From: the human T2T-CHM13v2.0 reference genome, Homo sapiens
NCBI RefSeq assembly: GCF_009914755.1
Contig: NC_060929.1
DNA length: 64,000 bases
Strand: one strand, 5' to 3'
Position numbers and translations under genes: made by a program. The notes beneath the pieces are model-generated. The model saw only the letters and a program-made list of their open reading frames with translations, was not told the DNA's origin and did not search any database. Shown piece by piece: positions 26,341 to 44,103 of this stretch (position 1 is the first letter of the stretch; every line of letters begins with the position of its first letter).

Positions 26341-28328
26341 GTATTTCACCTTCAGTTTTAAAAAATAGTTTTGCTGGCCATAGGGTTTTTGGTTGAAAGT
26401 TTCCCTTCTTTGAGCATGAATATGTTGTCCCACTACCTCCTGGCCTCCATTGTTTCTTCTGAGAAATCACTGTTAATGTTATTGGGGTCTCTTGTAAAGA
26501 GCAGTCATTTTTCTCTTGCCGCTTTCAAGATTTTCTCCTTGTCTTTGACTTTCAGTACTTTTACTATCATGTGTCTGTTTGTAAATATCTTTGCTTGTAT
26601 TCTACTTAGAGGTTATTGAGCTTCCTGATGTGCAGGTTTTTGCTTTCAACAAATTTGGGAAGTTTGTAGCTATTGTTTCTTTGAATATTTTTTCTGCTTC
26701 CTTTTCTCTCCCCTCTCCTCCTGGTTATCCCACTTATGCATGTATTCGTGCTCTTGATGGTGACATATATTTCTCGGAGTTTTTGTTCATTTTTCTTCAT
26801 TCTTTTTTTCTCTCTGTCCCTTGATTTGCATATTTATCTGTCCTCAAGTTCACCAATCTTTCTTCTGCCTGGTAACATATATTTTTGAGTCCTTCTAGTA
26901 ATTTTTTATTTCAGTTATTATGCTTTTCAATTCCAGAATTCTCAGGTGTGTTTTTAAAATAAGTTCTGTCTCTTTACTGATAGTTGCTTTGATGTAAATT
27001 TTCTTTACTTTGTTCATGATGCCTTCCTTTAGTTCTGTGAACACATTTATAAGTTTATAATGGCTATTTTGGAGTCTTTTTCTGTTAAGTCAACCTCTGT
27101 TGCCTGCTATTTTTTGTGTATGGGTTATGCTTGTTTCTTTGCATGTTTTACAATTTTTTTTTTTGAAACCTGGGCATTTTAGATAATATACCAACTCTGG
27201 GCTGTTTCCTCCCACCCTGAAGTTTGTTATTGTTACTTGCTGCTTTTAAAAATTTTTTTGCCACTGGCTGATTCTTTTAGGAAAGTGTATTTTCTACCTA
27301 TAGTGTTAAGCCTCTGCTGTTGTGCCCCAAGGAGGTGTAGTTTTGGGTCTGCCTACAGTCACCCTGAGATAACAGTAGTATTAGTAGGGCTTTCAAGAAA
27401 GTCTATTTCTCTGAACTCATTTAGCACTGAAGCTACACTAATTGCCTGCTGGTTTCTCTATTGTTATCCAACAATACTCTGGAATTTAAATTGCTCCACA
27501 AACTAATCCAATCAAACTGTGGCTCTTTTGATGGAATATTTTCTGAAGTCCATGGCTGATATTTGTTCTGACCCCAGGAGAGCTCCTCTCTGTTATCCTA
27601 TCCCCCTGGTTCCCTCCTGTAAACTAGCTGACCTACAGTCTAGGCTGTATCTTTATTAGGTCCACAAATCTCCAAATTGCCTTTCACCATAACCTTCACT
27701 GTTCTTGAGAGAGCACTTAAACTTGAACTTCTCCATGCTCTATTGCAAATGAAATTAATTCCTTTGGGGAAGCTATTCAACACTATCTGCTTTAAAGCCT
27801 GCTTCTCCCCTCAAGCAAAATCTCTAAATCAAGGCTGTAAAACTGGGGGTGGGAAAAATAGCAAGCTTTCCTTTGTGTGACAACCCTGCTCCAGGAGCTT
27901 AGTACTCAGTAAAGGAGAGAGATAGAGATCTGAGGTCCTCTCAGCTTGCCTCTTCTGAAGTGGAGCCACTGCCTCAAAAGCCAGGGGATGGCAATCAGGG
28001 TCCCAGTATTCTTAGTCTGTTGCACTCATTCCATAAGTGGGCACTTTGCAGAAGGTAGCCTCATTGCTCAACTGCTCTCACCTGGGACTTAGCCATGGCA
28101 ACAGGTAGCTGGGGTAGGATGAGAAATACTGAAGTCCTGTTCTTCGTGGGAAGAAAACCCTCTGACTAGGTAGGAGCAGGGGTGGTGGCGGAGGGAACTC
28201 TGGGTTTGTGGCTGTAGCAGCCTGGAGTGGAGTCTCTGCCTCAGTGAACTGGGAGCAGGAAGGGAGGGAATGGTCTTGGCTTATATTCCACAGATTCTCA
28301 TTTTTCTTACTAATTTTTTATAGTTTTT

Positions 28329-28330
<2 letters not shown>

Positions 28331-28376
<46 letters not shown>

Positions 28377-28571
28377 CACATATACATATATATACACATA
28401 TATATACATATACATATATATACACATATATATACATATACATATATACACATATATATACATATACATATATACACATATACATATATATACACATATA
28501 CATATATACACATATACATATATATACACACACATATATACACATATACATATATACACACACATATATAC

Positions 28572-28622
<51 letters not shown>

Positions 28623-28631
28623 TACATATAT
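28331..28631. repeat. Compound microsatellite (CT)n-(TA)n-(TACA/TATACA)n-(TA)n
   Basis: Directly visible; it generates the spurious YI/HI/CV-rich ORFs. Confidence 0.97.
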
Positions 28632-29439
28632 TTGTTTTCATTTGCTGTTTGTGCCTAGGAAAACATTCTAAGACTTTAAGTGGTTGTTTTTCTAAAAATA
28701 ATTTTCTCCAGTATTACTGGGGAGCAGATCAGCAGAGCTCCTCACTCTGCTATGCCAGAAGTCTATGTCCTCTACAATAGATTTTAATCAATGCCAGTTG
28801 TTGTCTAAATGATGCCTAAAATTAATTGTGCACTTTGGACACCATGGGATCTGACTGCACACATCTAGAACATTACCTCTAGTCCCAGATCCAGATGCTT
28901 GGTCTCATGCCACATGTGACATGACCTGACAGTTCTGACCTCCCAAAAAGTTACATATTGCTATGAATGTCTTCCCATGTCATGAGCCCTTGGCAGGAAC
29001 TGTGGTTTTAATTTTAATTACTGCCTGTAGGGATGATGCCAGTAGGGAAGAGAGAGGGATAAGAGTAGACTGCCTTTTACAGTTTTGTCCAACATCAACT
29101 CAGTCCTTGTCACTTGAAGTCAGCATGGATGCTACTTCTCAAATGTGTGTTGACTTCTTTTTACAGAATATGCATGTTTCTTTATTCTTGTTTTTCAGTA
29201 GTTGTGCAGAATTTTCTGTTCTTTGATAATTTTTTTAAACATCTATTATTCAAGGACACCAGCCTAGGATCACAACTCCCCTGAAAGGATAAATATTTGC
29301 TTCAAAGCCTGGGTGTTCTCAAGTGCAGTACAGGTGCAGCCTGTAGGTCATGGATATCTCAGAGGTACAGCCCTCAGAATGCCTGGGGCATGCCTTAACT
29401 GAATGGCCATTTGCTCATGCAGTTGGGAACAGGGACTAT

Positions 29440-29820
29440 TTATTTATTCAGCCAACATAAATGGAATAACCACAGACTCTCAGATACTCTGATAGAACTG
29501 AGGACATTGGGGAAACATTCACAGTCTCTTCAGAGAGTTTATAGTCTAAGGGGAAGCAGAAAAGTAAGCAGCAGTTTTAATGTCATGTGACACTGTGACA
29601 GAAGGGGAGAAAGCACAGGCTGCCTGCCTCAGATACCACCCCCTCATGCTGGTATCCAGAAAGCAATGCCGAGATTTCATAGTAGGGAATGGGAAGGGTG
29701 GCAATGTGTATCCCTGTTTTGTTTTTTTATTTTTATTTTTTTATTTTTTTGTCGTCTTGAAAGCTGAGAAGTGAGAAGAGAGCTGAAAATGTATAAGAGT
29801 GTGCCCAGGCAACTGTTTTC
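29440..29820 (-). mobile_element. Degenerate L2
   Basis: tttattcagccaacat...cagtctcttcagagagtttatagtctaaggggaagcaga. Confidence 0.5.
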
Positions 29821-30769
29821 TCTTTGCTTTTCTAATAAAAGCAGAAAAGGAAAGGTTTTATCATCAGCAGTGGAAAGCAGAGGTGCTGGCAGTGTGACAG
29901 TGGCTGTGACTTAGGAAGGGAGAGTCTCCAATCCAGGAAGACCTTCTCCTCAGCAATGTCCAGTTCAGGAATTGACAGCATTGGCACAGGCTCCTCTTGG
30001 CAGGATGGGGGTTAATTGTGGACCATGTCAGTTTTGCTGCTTGAAAATTTTGAGTGACAATACCTCTCAGGTGTGAAGAGAGGATGAGTCTTTCTCTTGG
30101 AAGGACTAAAAGGAGCCTGGATGTTATCTTACTGGAAAGAAGGAAACAGTGCATACCTTTGGGAATGGATCTACAATTTACTGTTTACCCCATCAAGCAT
30201 GATATTACATTGAATCTGAGTAGCTGCAATGCTGAGCTGGTGTGCAGGAGGCCAACTCTGCAGGTTTACTTAGAAAGTGGGCAGAAATGACAGTAATCAT
30301 AAAACAGATAACAGGCAAGCCCTCAGAAGTGGGCAGAGGCAGGAAAAATGAGCAATGGACATAGCGTGGCAGAGCCACCCAAGGCCAGAGAAGCAAGCTG
30401 GTTCCAGAGCATAGCCAGATATGGGTTGGTCTGGGCATTCAGAAAGTGTTTTCAGGAAGCACACTTAGGCAATTGGGGAGGCAATGGGCAGAGGGTGGGG
30501 GATGGATGGAACTTCCGAGCTTTTTCTCTTCTAGCTTCCATCTGCTTTAGGGGGACATTCCAAGGTTAGGTCTGGCACATTTTGCAATACTACATGGTGA
30601 ATTCATTACAGTGGGTTAAAGGTTGATTGTGCACTATGCACAAATGGAGATGCTGGGGTTTCCAGACTGGATGGTCAACTATCTGAGGGCGCAGAAACAG
30701 GCCCTCATCATTATTTACCTTGCTTTTGAAATATACTTCTGTTTTCCCTCCCTTTAGTCTGGGTCCCAT

Positions 30770-31311
30770 GAGCCCGCTCTCCCACACTGTTGCCAGAGTG
30801 GAAATTGATTGTCTCTCTCTTGCTCAGAGCTTTCAATCGCCCTCCCGTGTTTGCAGAATAACGCTCCTTAGCAGAGGTCATAGAGCCTTCCTTGACCTGG
30901 CCTCTGCCTGGCTCCCTGCTGTCTGGTTGCCATTACTGTGATGCACACACATTTTATGTTCCAGCACTAGCAAGCCACGCACACACATAGCATTTTACTT
31001 CATGATTTTACCTTTGCTTATATTTTTCCTTTTGCTTGAAATGCTCTTCCATTTATCACCCCCTTTTCTTTCCCAGGCATCACTTCCTTGAAGTATTTTT
31101 ACCCATTTCATTCTGTCTCTCAAGACCCTGTACTCATCTCTAATCGTGCACTCACCATATTGTGTTATATGCATACTTCTCTCCCTTCCTTACTTACCTG
31201 TGAGTTCCTCCAGGCTATGTTTTATTTATATTTGTATCAGGCAGAGCTAGGTATAATGCCTGGGACATAGCTGGTACTCTAAAATATTTGGTTGTATAAA
31301 TGAATGAAATG
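30770..31311 (+). mobile_element. LINE-2 3' part
   Basis: ccacactgttgccagagtg...gcctgggacatagctggtactctaaaatatttggttg...aatgaatgaa tail. Confidence 0.8.
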
Positions 31312-31313
31312 AT

Positions 31314-31698
<385 letters not shown>

Positions 31699-34600
31699 TG
31701 ATCTTTAATTGTCTCCTAAGTGACTAATACTAGATAGCATCTGTTTGGTTTCCTACTAGAGTCTGGAAGCAATAGGTGCCTTCATTTAACCATTGGACCT
31801 AGAAAGGTAGCAACCCATAGCCTGCCAGGCTGAATGCACCTGAAAGCCTCAAGAAATCTTGTCACTGTGCATTCTATTATGTGACTACAACTTGAGCCGA
31901 ATAGGGATAAATGAATCCTGGCTAGCACTGAGCATCGTGCCAGGAACAGAACAGTGGGGCCATTGCAGTCAGTAGAATGAAAGGTTACCATGGCGTTGTC
32001 AGGGAGTTTTCTTGAACTATGGCTGGACCATATTTCTCTTTCCACCTCAGCCACTGCTTCATGCTACTGAATGGAGAAGCCTTTGGCTTTCTGTACCCAT
32101 GGAGGAATGCAGCATGCCTCTTATCTCCTAAACCTGTCCCTGCAGAAAGCTGCCTGCCCTTGGAGTTTCTCAGTAGAACAGTAAATGTGATCTCAGTCTC
32201 TCCCAGCGGCTCAGTAAATATCACGTGATACAGAGTGCCTCAGCCAGGTGACACAATGAGAGCTGAAAACACCTCGGGTCGTCTGTACTGTTGCATTCCT
32301 TATGCACAGCACATCCTAGTTGTCCCACTTAGAGCATCTCTCATTGTGATTTCCTTTTCTTTCTCTAAACGTAAGCTAGGTTGACCTCACTTAGTGGAAA
32401 GTCAAAGGTGTCAAGTGAATAATAAACTCTTTTCCTGTTCAGGTACAGTGTGGGCTGTTAGGTTTTCCACCCAAAGGGAGGATGGGGGCTGAGTAGGGCT
32501 GCAACAGAGGAGAGAGAATGCAGTGCACCTCGAAGATGTGAGTGACATGCTGCTTAGATGGAAAGTACACCATTTCCTTTCCTGTTCAGAGTGAGATATT
32601 TTTTACCTTCATACAAATGAGGTTGTTGAAAACCATGATATTTTAAAATACCCACATAAACAAAACCTTTGTTTTGAATGTAAACCTATGGAAATGAATA
32701 CTCACAATCTGCAGTAAAAAGGACCATCTCTTGATCTTGGATGTTTCCTAGCAAAGCACATTCAGGGTGTCGTTGCTGGCAATGGAAAGCCCAGAGTGCC
32801 AGCAGCCTCCACACTGTGATTTAGGGAAGGGAGTGACTGAGATTATTTTAGTCAGAGGAACTGGTTCTCTGCTTAGCCTCGATATTTCATAAAAAGCTCA
32901 TTGCAGCAAAATTTTCATTTGGCAGCATCTGCGGTGCTATCATCTTGATATCTTCACATTAAGTAACAATGGCACTTCAAGGTCAAATGAAAGTCAAATT
33001 GGCACGATAAATATTCATTGTCAGCCTCTGTTAATCCTATGTATTTTCTGTAAAGATACAGGCAAAGCATGTAATCAGTAGTGTTTGTAGGAAAATAAAA
33101 AGTTATAGAAATCCTGGGGTCATAGAGCAAATAAAACAGTTCAAATGTTAAGATATATATGGTATAGTGAGAAAATCAGTAGAATGAATACTGCACTCAA
33201 TTCTGACATTGTCAGTTTCTGACAAATCATTTAAATGATATACCTCAATTTTCCCAACTGTAAAATTAGAATGAATTACATAATTATCTTTTATTCTTAT
33301 TCCTATTCTAAGTGATAGCTTTTCTAGATGCAATTAGAAAGAACTTTCAAAGTGTTGCAAAACACTGAAACATATTAGGAAAAAAAAAATAATGTGTGTT
33401 TTTTTTTTCTTCTGAGCACTTAAATAATAGAATAGGTATCAGTTTCTTAAACAAATGGAATGAAAATCACAAATAGACTTTTAAGGTTAGGAAAGAAGCC
33501 TGCAATGTGAAGGGACTAGATTAAAAGAAAATTGACCTGTTTACATTTCTACTGTAGAGTATTGGATGCTGTAGCAATAATGGACCTTTATTGGAATTAT
33601 TTTAGAGGTTATGAGATTACATAATGGCCTGTGTCACCTAGCGGCCAGAGGCTGGGATGTCAAGTGTGTGTACCTTTATCAATAGCCAAGCTTAAAATGA
33701 CTGAGAAACAGCTACTTCTGAGAAGACTTGGAAAGTAAGGTATTCTATTTGAGGATAATGTAAGCATTTGTTTCTGGAATTCTGCCCAGTAACCCAGAGC
33801 ACACAAAAAGGTCTTAGAGTAATTTGATCAGTGTTTCTGTAAAAGAACACCAAAGCCACAGATTCTGTTACTGGCAAGACAGAAAATGCATTATAAGGGA
33901 AGACAACATGTTTCATAGGATGATGGCTTGGCCTGGAGAGGGCTTGGGAGAGTTAACTGACAGCAGTTAGGAACAACGATTAATGCTAACCTGAACTTCT
34001 GGGACCCCTGCCTGAACATGCTTGTCAGGGTGTGTTGGTGTTTGCAACATTGCCTTTTGTTTTGTCTCTGGAGCCTGATGCAGTTTTGCTTGCAGTCCTT
34101 GTTACTGTCTATTGGCCCTGTTTTGAGCACTAACATGAGAAGATGAAAAGAAATCCCCAGAAACACCCTTTTTCTCACCTGGTCATCTTAGTATCCACAA
34201 TTGCATTCCTAGAGGAATATTCATCTTCCTGGCATTATTGTTTTGATGTATTCACAGAAGTCTGTGGCCGTAATCCTTCCGTAAGCTGATCTGTTATTTA
34301 GCTCCTTGGATGAAATATTGGTAATCATTGTAAAAATGATGAGCCTATGTTGATATGTACATGGACCTTTCCCTGTTTGACTGGGGGATGGGGGGTAATG
34401 TGAGGGCTGGGGAGATTAAAAACAGATTCTAGATCCCTCCAGTGAGCTCCTTGGTTAAATATTTTGTTTACATTGGTTATATTGAGCAACTTTAGTAGAG
34501 GATATTGTTGAAGAGGTGGAGAGCAGTTTTCTGATTGGCGAGACCTGTAGTCATTAGGCTGCATTTATCAGTAGGCTTGCCTTGCAGTTCAAGGTTCATT

Positions 34601-34779
34601 GAGATAGATAGACTAGCAGCTTCTCAATGCTGGTTTCTCAGGCTACACTGGGTTGCTCAGGTTGAGTGGGCAATGAGGAACTTGGGGAGGTAGTAGAAGA
34701 CAACCACTTGACTTCAGGACTAAACCTTTTTCTTTGGCTGCCTTTGTTGCTGTTGAAAAGTTGGGGTTATTTTGTAGTT

Positions 34780-35006
34780 CATGGGTTGGCAAACTATGAC
34801 TTGAGCAAAAAAATCTGTCTTGCTGCTTGTTTCTGTAAATAAAGTTTTATCAGAACACAAACATGGTTATTTGTCTGCATATTGTCTGTGGATTCTTCTG
34901 CATGAAAACAGCAGAGTTGAATAGCTGCAAAAGCGAACCCTAAGACCTGCAAAACATAAAATATTTACTATTTGGTCCTGTATGGGAAAAAGTTTCCTGA
35001 TCCCTG
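34780..35006 (+). mobile_element. MER58A hAT MITE
   Basis: catgggttggcaaact...gtaaataaagttttat...agtttcctgatccctg. 8-bp TSD ttgtagtt (34772-79) / ctgtagtt (35007-14). Confidence 0.9.
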
Positions 35007-35019
35007 CTGTAGTTCATTG

Positions 35020-36250
35020 TAGGTAATCTGTTGCTAAGATCTTCTCTTGGTCTTTGGTGTTCTTTAATGTTGCTCAAATAAATTTAGATGTGAATTTCTT
35101 TTTATTTTTCCTGCTTGAGATTTGTTGTTCTTTCATCAATTATTAGCCATAAACTCTGAATATTGTCTCTCCCCATATCTTCTCTGCTCTTGAAACTCTG
35201 GTTGAATTTCTTAGAATCTCTCATTCTAGTCTCCATTTTTCTTAACTCTATTTTTCGTCACATAGGATCTCTGTGCTGCATCCTGGGTATTTCTACAGAT
35301 CTGTTTTCTGATTCAATTTCCTTACTTATTATCAGTTAAGATTTTCTATTTCTTCGTGATTCAATCTTGGTAGATGTGTAAGTTTCTAGGGCTTTATTCA
35401 TTTCTTCTAGGTTATCCAATTTGTGTACAATTGTTCATAGTAGTCTGTTTAGACTCTGTGTATTTCTGTGGTATCAGTTGGCTTTTTTATTTCTGATTTT
35501 ATTTGGGTCTTCCCTCTTTTTTTTCTTAGTGTAACTAAAGGTTTGTCAATTTTGTTTTCCAAAAACCAATGTTTAGTGTTGTTGGTCTTTTCTGTGGCTT
35601 TTCTAGTCTCAATTTCATTTATTTCATCTCTTATCTTTGTCATTTTCTTCCTTTTTTTTTTTTTTTTTTTTTTTTTTGACAGTCTTGCTCTGTTGCCCAG
35701 GCTGGAGTGCAGTGGCGTGATCTTGTCTCACTTGCTGCAACCTCTGCCTCCCAGGTTCAAGCAATTCTCCTGCCTCAGCCTTCCGAGTAGCTGGGACTAC
35801 AGGCGCCTGCCACCACACCCGGCTAATTTTTATATTTTTAGTAGAGATGGGGTTTCACTGTGTTAACCAGGATGGTCTCAATCTCCTGACCTCGTGATCT
35901 GCCTGCCTAGGCCTCCCAAAGTGCTGGGATTACAAGCGTAAGCCACCATGCCCGGCTATTTCCTTCCTTTTTTCCAGATCTAGAAGTCCTATTTAGCTTT
36001 TTTTCAAATCTGCCTAGTCATCTTATTTGTATTTTCATATCTCCTCTTTTGCTTCTTTAAACATATCAAGGATATTTACTTTAAATTCTATGCAATTAAT
36101 TCTAGTATATGAAGCTATTGTAGGTTTGATTCTGCTGTTTTATCCTCATTGAATTACAAGGTACTGGTGTACTTGTGAGCTTTGTATTGTTTCTAGTGGT
36201 GAACTCAGGTTCCTTGGGTATTTTCTGTGGAAATTCTTTGAGTATTTTTA
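35020..36250 (-). mobile_element. Very old L1ME/HAL1-like ORF1 remnants (35020-35320, 35970-36250), interrupted by an L1 ORF2 fragment (35325-35650) and an Alu
   Basis: ORF 35449-35643 ([34 protein letters not shown]) is ORF2p-like. The flanks are degenerate antisense L1. Confidence 0.6.
35652..35956 (-). mobile_element. AluS (Sc-like) with a long poly(T)
   Basis: ccaggatggtctcaatctcctgacctcgtgatc. Approximate TSD attttcttcc / atttccttcc. Confidence 0.95.
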
Positions 36251-36649
36251 TGTGGTGTTCAGGGTACATAGTGTACCATACAGCTAGAGAGTTGTTCTAA
36301 ATCATGTTTGCCATACCATCTATACCCAGAGATCCTTCAATGTTAGAGGTTATTGAAAATTTGCCTGGACTATTAATAAAACTAATGCTTTGATGTTAAA
36401 TTGTCTGTAACTTTCTGGAATCTCTTCTTACTTTTTATTTCTTGCTTATTGAAGGAAGAAAAGTGAATCTTACAGTCTCCCTGGGATCCACAGAGACATG
36501 ATGAAAGCCAAGAATCATTTCATATCTAGAAATCTTATTTGGTTGTTTTCTAAATATAACTTATCACAATTGTCCTACTTCCAACATTCCTCAAAATTGG
36601 ATGTAAAATCTGCATCACCTTATCCCTTCAAGCTATTCTAGATGATTAT

Positions 36650-37270
36650 TCTTGCCCCTTCATGCAAATTCCTCTTGTCTTGAGGCAGATGACATTGGTA
36701 TACCTTCTCTGTTACCTTGTCCCTGAAATCTACCCTTGGAATAATCATTCCCATTCAGTCTCTAAAGGCTCTGGGTCTGCCATGGTCTTTTGTTCTACTT
36801 TTAGTTCTGACCTCATCTTGGGTGACTTCAAAATCTCAGATTTCTGGCTTTTTCATCTTCAAAATAACCTTGTCAACCATTGTATAGTTCCATAGACACA
36901 AAAAACTTCTCCATCTTGAAAATCAAAAAACTAGATTTTCTTCCTTTTGACCACAACTTCCTGTCCATTTAGGTTACTTACTAAGCTGTTGCTGATATAC
37001 CAATCCTTTGACCTCACTGAAACCTCCATTCTCTTTACCCTCTATTTTCAATGTTTCAAACATTTCTCATACTTTTATTCTCTTCTTATCCTTCTCATGT
37101 TTTATAATTCAAGACTTCAAACACTGCTGTACTAATACCCTAAGCTGACTTGCCACATCCTCTTTCTACTATTCTAACTTGGCAAAACCTCAGTCCTCGA
37201 TGAAACAAAATGCCTATTTTTTTCTACTTCCATATCTGTGCTGATGAGAGAGTTCCTGAAGAAATATCAT
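36650..37270 (+). mobile_element. LINE-2 internal (ORF2-region) fragment
   Basis: tgaccacaacttcctgtcc...aacttggcaaaacctcagtcctcgatga (L2 internal-like, pyrimidine rich). Confidence 0.6.
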
Positions 37271-37592
37271 GATTTCCACTTTGCTAATGGTCGACTAGAT
37301 TATTTGGACGCATTCCTCCTGCTGAAAATGACAAGAAATGCTGAATATAATATAAAAATGTCTCTTTTAAAACATTGAGGAATTAAAAATACATTAAGGA
37401 ATTACCAAACCAAAATTTAGGGAAAAATAACTCAAAAAAGAATCTGAGCACTGAAGCCATGTGCTCCAGAGGTATTTTATAACATGGTAAAAATTACACT
37501 TTGGTTTTGGTAGCCTCATTGGGTAAGGGATCATAATTTAAGGTCCAGAGCCAACTCAAGTAGAAAAATTTAATAAGAGACTAACCCTGTTC

Positions 37593-37595
<3 letters not shown>
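37271..37595 (+). mobile_element. Ancient L1ME-like 5' end (left half)
   Basis: gatttccactttgctaatgg...cctcctgctgaaaatgacaagaaatgctgaata...ggtccagagcc; A-rich. Confidence 0.6.
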
Positions 37596-37641
<46 letters not shown>

Positions 37642-37660
37642 ACACATATACATACATATG
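37596..37660. repeat. (CA)n/(TA) microsatellite
   Basis: Directly visible. Confidence 0.95.
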
Positions 37661-37827
37661 TGCTTTATATCAATAATGAAGCTAGTCATGGGCTAGTTCT
37701 ACTTCTAAGGGAGTGCAACTTAATCTATTCTGATTGGTAAAACAATATTCTTGGGAACAGAATTTACAAAATGCTTAGAAATAGTTGCATTAATTATTCC
37801 ACATCATAAGCCCATCAAGTGGGTTAT

Positions 37828-37990
37828 TAACTCAACTCCCTTGCTTCATCCCTTTGTCATACTTACCTGGTAAAACCCCACTTAAGTTCAACCCAACTCC
37901 TTGCCTACTACTATGCACAGGTTGAATGTGGTTTGAGAAGCACACATACCCAGGCTGACTGGCCACACTTCCCATCACTGCCAAGAGACC
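37828..37990 (+). mobile_element. Isolated L2 internal fragment
   Basis: ctcaactcccttgc...cttacctggtaaaacccca...gttgaatgtggtttgagaagcacaca...gctgactggccacactt. Confidence 0.6.
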
Positions 37991-38230
37991 TTTACGCAAT
38001 TCTTAAATATATATATATATGTATATATGATACTTTAAGTTCTGGGATACATGTGCAGAACATGCAGGTTTGTTACATAGGTATACATGTGCCATGGTGG
38101 TTTGCTGTACCCATCAACTCGTCATCTATATTGGGTATTTCTCCTAATGCTCTCCTTCTCCCTGCCCCCCAACCCCTGACAGGCCTCAGTGTGTGATGTT
38201 CCCCTCCCTGTATCCATGTGTTCTCATTAT

Positions 38231-42450
<4,220 letters not shown>

Positions 42451-42508
42451 GTTTCTTCATAATGTCATTGGCCTTTATATTTTGGTATGTTTTTTTCAGT
42501 GGCTGGTA

Positions 42509-43493
42509 TCAGTTTTTCCTTTTCATATTTAGTGCTTCCTTCAGGAGCTCTTGCAAGGCAGGCCTGGTGTTGACAGAATCTTTCAGCATTTGCTTGTCTG
42601 TAAAGGATTTTATTTCTCCTTCACTTAGGAAGCTTAGTTTGGCTGGATATGAAATTCTGGGTTGAAAATTCTTTTCTTTGAGAAAGTTGAATATTGGTCC
42701 CCACTCTTTTCTGGCTTGTAGAGTTTCTGCAGAGAGATCTGCTGTTAGTTTGATGGACATCCCTTTGTGGGTAACCTGACCTTTCTCTCTGGCTGCCCTT
42801 AACAATTTTTCCTTCATTTCAACCTTTGTGAATCTGACAATTATGTGTCTTGGGATTGCTCTTCTCAAGGAGTATCTTAGTAGTGTTCTCTGTATATCCT
42901 GAATTTGAATGTTGGCCTGCCTTGCTACGTTGGGGAAGTTCTCCTGGATAATGTCCTTAAGGGTGTTTTCCAACTTGGTTCCATTCTCCCTGTCACTTTC
43001 AGGTACACCAATCAATCGTAGATTTGGTCTTTTCACATAGTCCCATATTTCTTGGAGGCTTCGTTGGTTCCTTTTCATTCTTTTTTCTCTAATTTTGTCT
43101 TCATGCTTTATTTCATTAAGTTGATCTTCAGTGTCTGATATCCTTTCTTCTGCTTGATCGATTTAGCTATTGATACTCGCGTATGCATCACAAAGTTCTC
43201 GTGCTGTGTTTTTCAGCTACATCAGGTCATTGATGTTCTTCTCTAAACTGGTTCTTCTAGTTAGCAGTTCCTGTAACCTTTTATCAAGGTTCTTAGCTTC
43301 CTTGCATTGGGTTGGAACATGCTCCTTTAGCTCAGAGGAGTTTGTTATTACCCACCTTCTGCAGCCTACTTCTGTCAAACTCATTCTCCATCCAGTTTTG
43401 TTCCCTTGCTGGTGAGGAATTGTGATCCTTTGAAGGAGAAGAGGCATTCTGGTTTTTGAAATTTTCAGCATTTTTGTGCTGGTTTTTCCTCAT
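42509..43493 (-). pseudogene. Disrupted L1 ORF1p; the C-terminal 189 aa (RRM/CTD) are still open
   Basis: EIWDYVKRPNLRLIGVPE..PRHIIVRFTKVEMKEK..PRISYPAKLSF. The N-terminus MRKNQHKNAENFKNQ is in another frame. Confidence 0.92.
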
Positions 43494-44103
43494 CTTCATG
43501 GATTTGTCTACCTTTGTTCTTTGATGCTGATGACCTTTGAATGGGGTTTTTGCTTGGATATCCTTTTTTGTTGATGTTGATGTTATTGCTTTCTGTTTGT
43601 TAGTTTTCCTTCTAACAGTCAGGGCCCTCTTCTGCAGGTCTGCTGGAGTTTGCTGGAGGTCCACTCCAGACTCTCTTTGTCTGGGTATCACCAGCAGAGG
43701 CTGCAGAACAGCAAAGATTGCTTCCTGCTCCTTCCTCTGGAAGCTTTGTCTCAGGGGGGCACCTGCCTGTATGAGGTGTCTGTCAACCCCTGCTGGGAGA
43801 TGTCTCCCAGTCAGGAGGCACGGGAGTCAGGGACCCACTTGAGGAGGCAGTCTGTCCCTTAGCAGAGCTTGAGCACTGTTCTGGGAAATCTACTGCTGTC
43901 TTCAGAGCTGGCAGTCAGGAACATTTAAGTCTGCTGAAGCTGCACCCACAGCCACCCCTTCCCCCAGGTGCTCTGTCCCAGGGAGATGGGAGTTTTATGT
44001 ATAATCCCCAGACTGGGGCTGCTGCCTTTCTTTCAGAGATGCCCTGCCCAGAGAGGAGTAATCTAGAGAGAGGCAGTCTGGCTACAGCTGCTTTGCTGCA
44101 CTC

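Noticed and set aside
28208-28780. 190-aa ORF and overlapping Y/I/H/C/V-rich ORFs
   Set aside because: Translations of the (TA)/(CA) microsatellite, which lacks stop codons; not proteins.
42509-43078. 189-aa open L1 ORF1 C-terminus as a domesticated gene
   Set aside because: Expected residual openness in an L1PA7-age copy; the N-terminus is frameshifted and the promoter is truncated.
43650-43862. 70-aa antisense ORF in the L1 5' UTR as possible ORF0
   Set aside because: Similar length but the wrong sequence and position. True ORF0 (MAGAPPP..) lies in the truncated part, and this ORF starts at a non-ATG codon.
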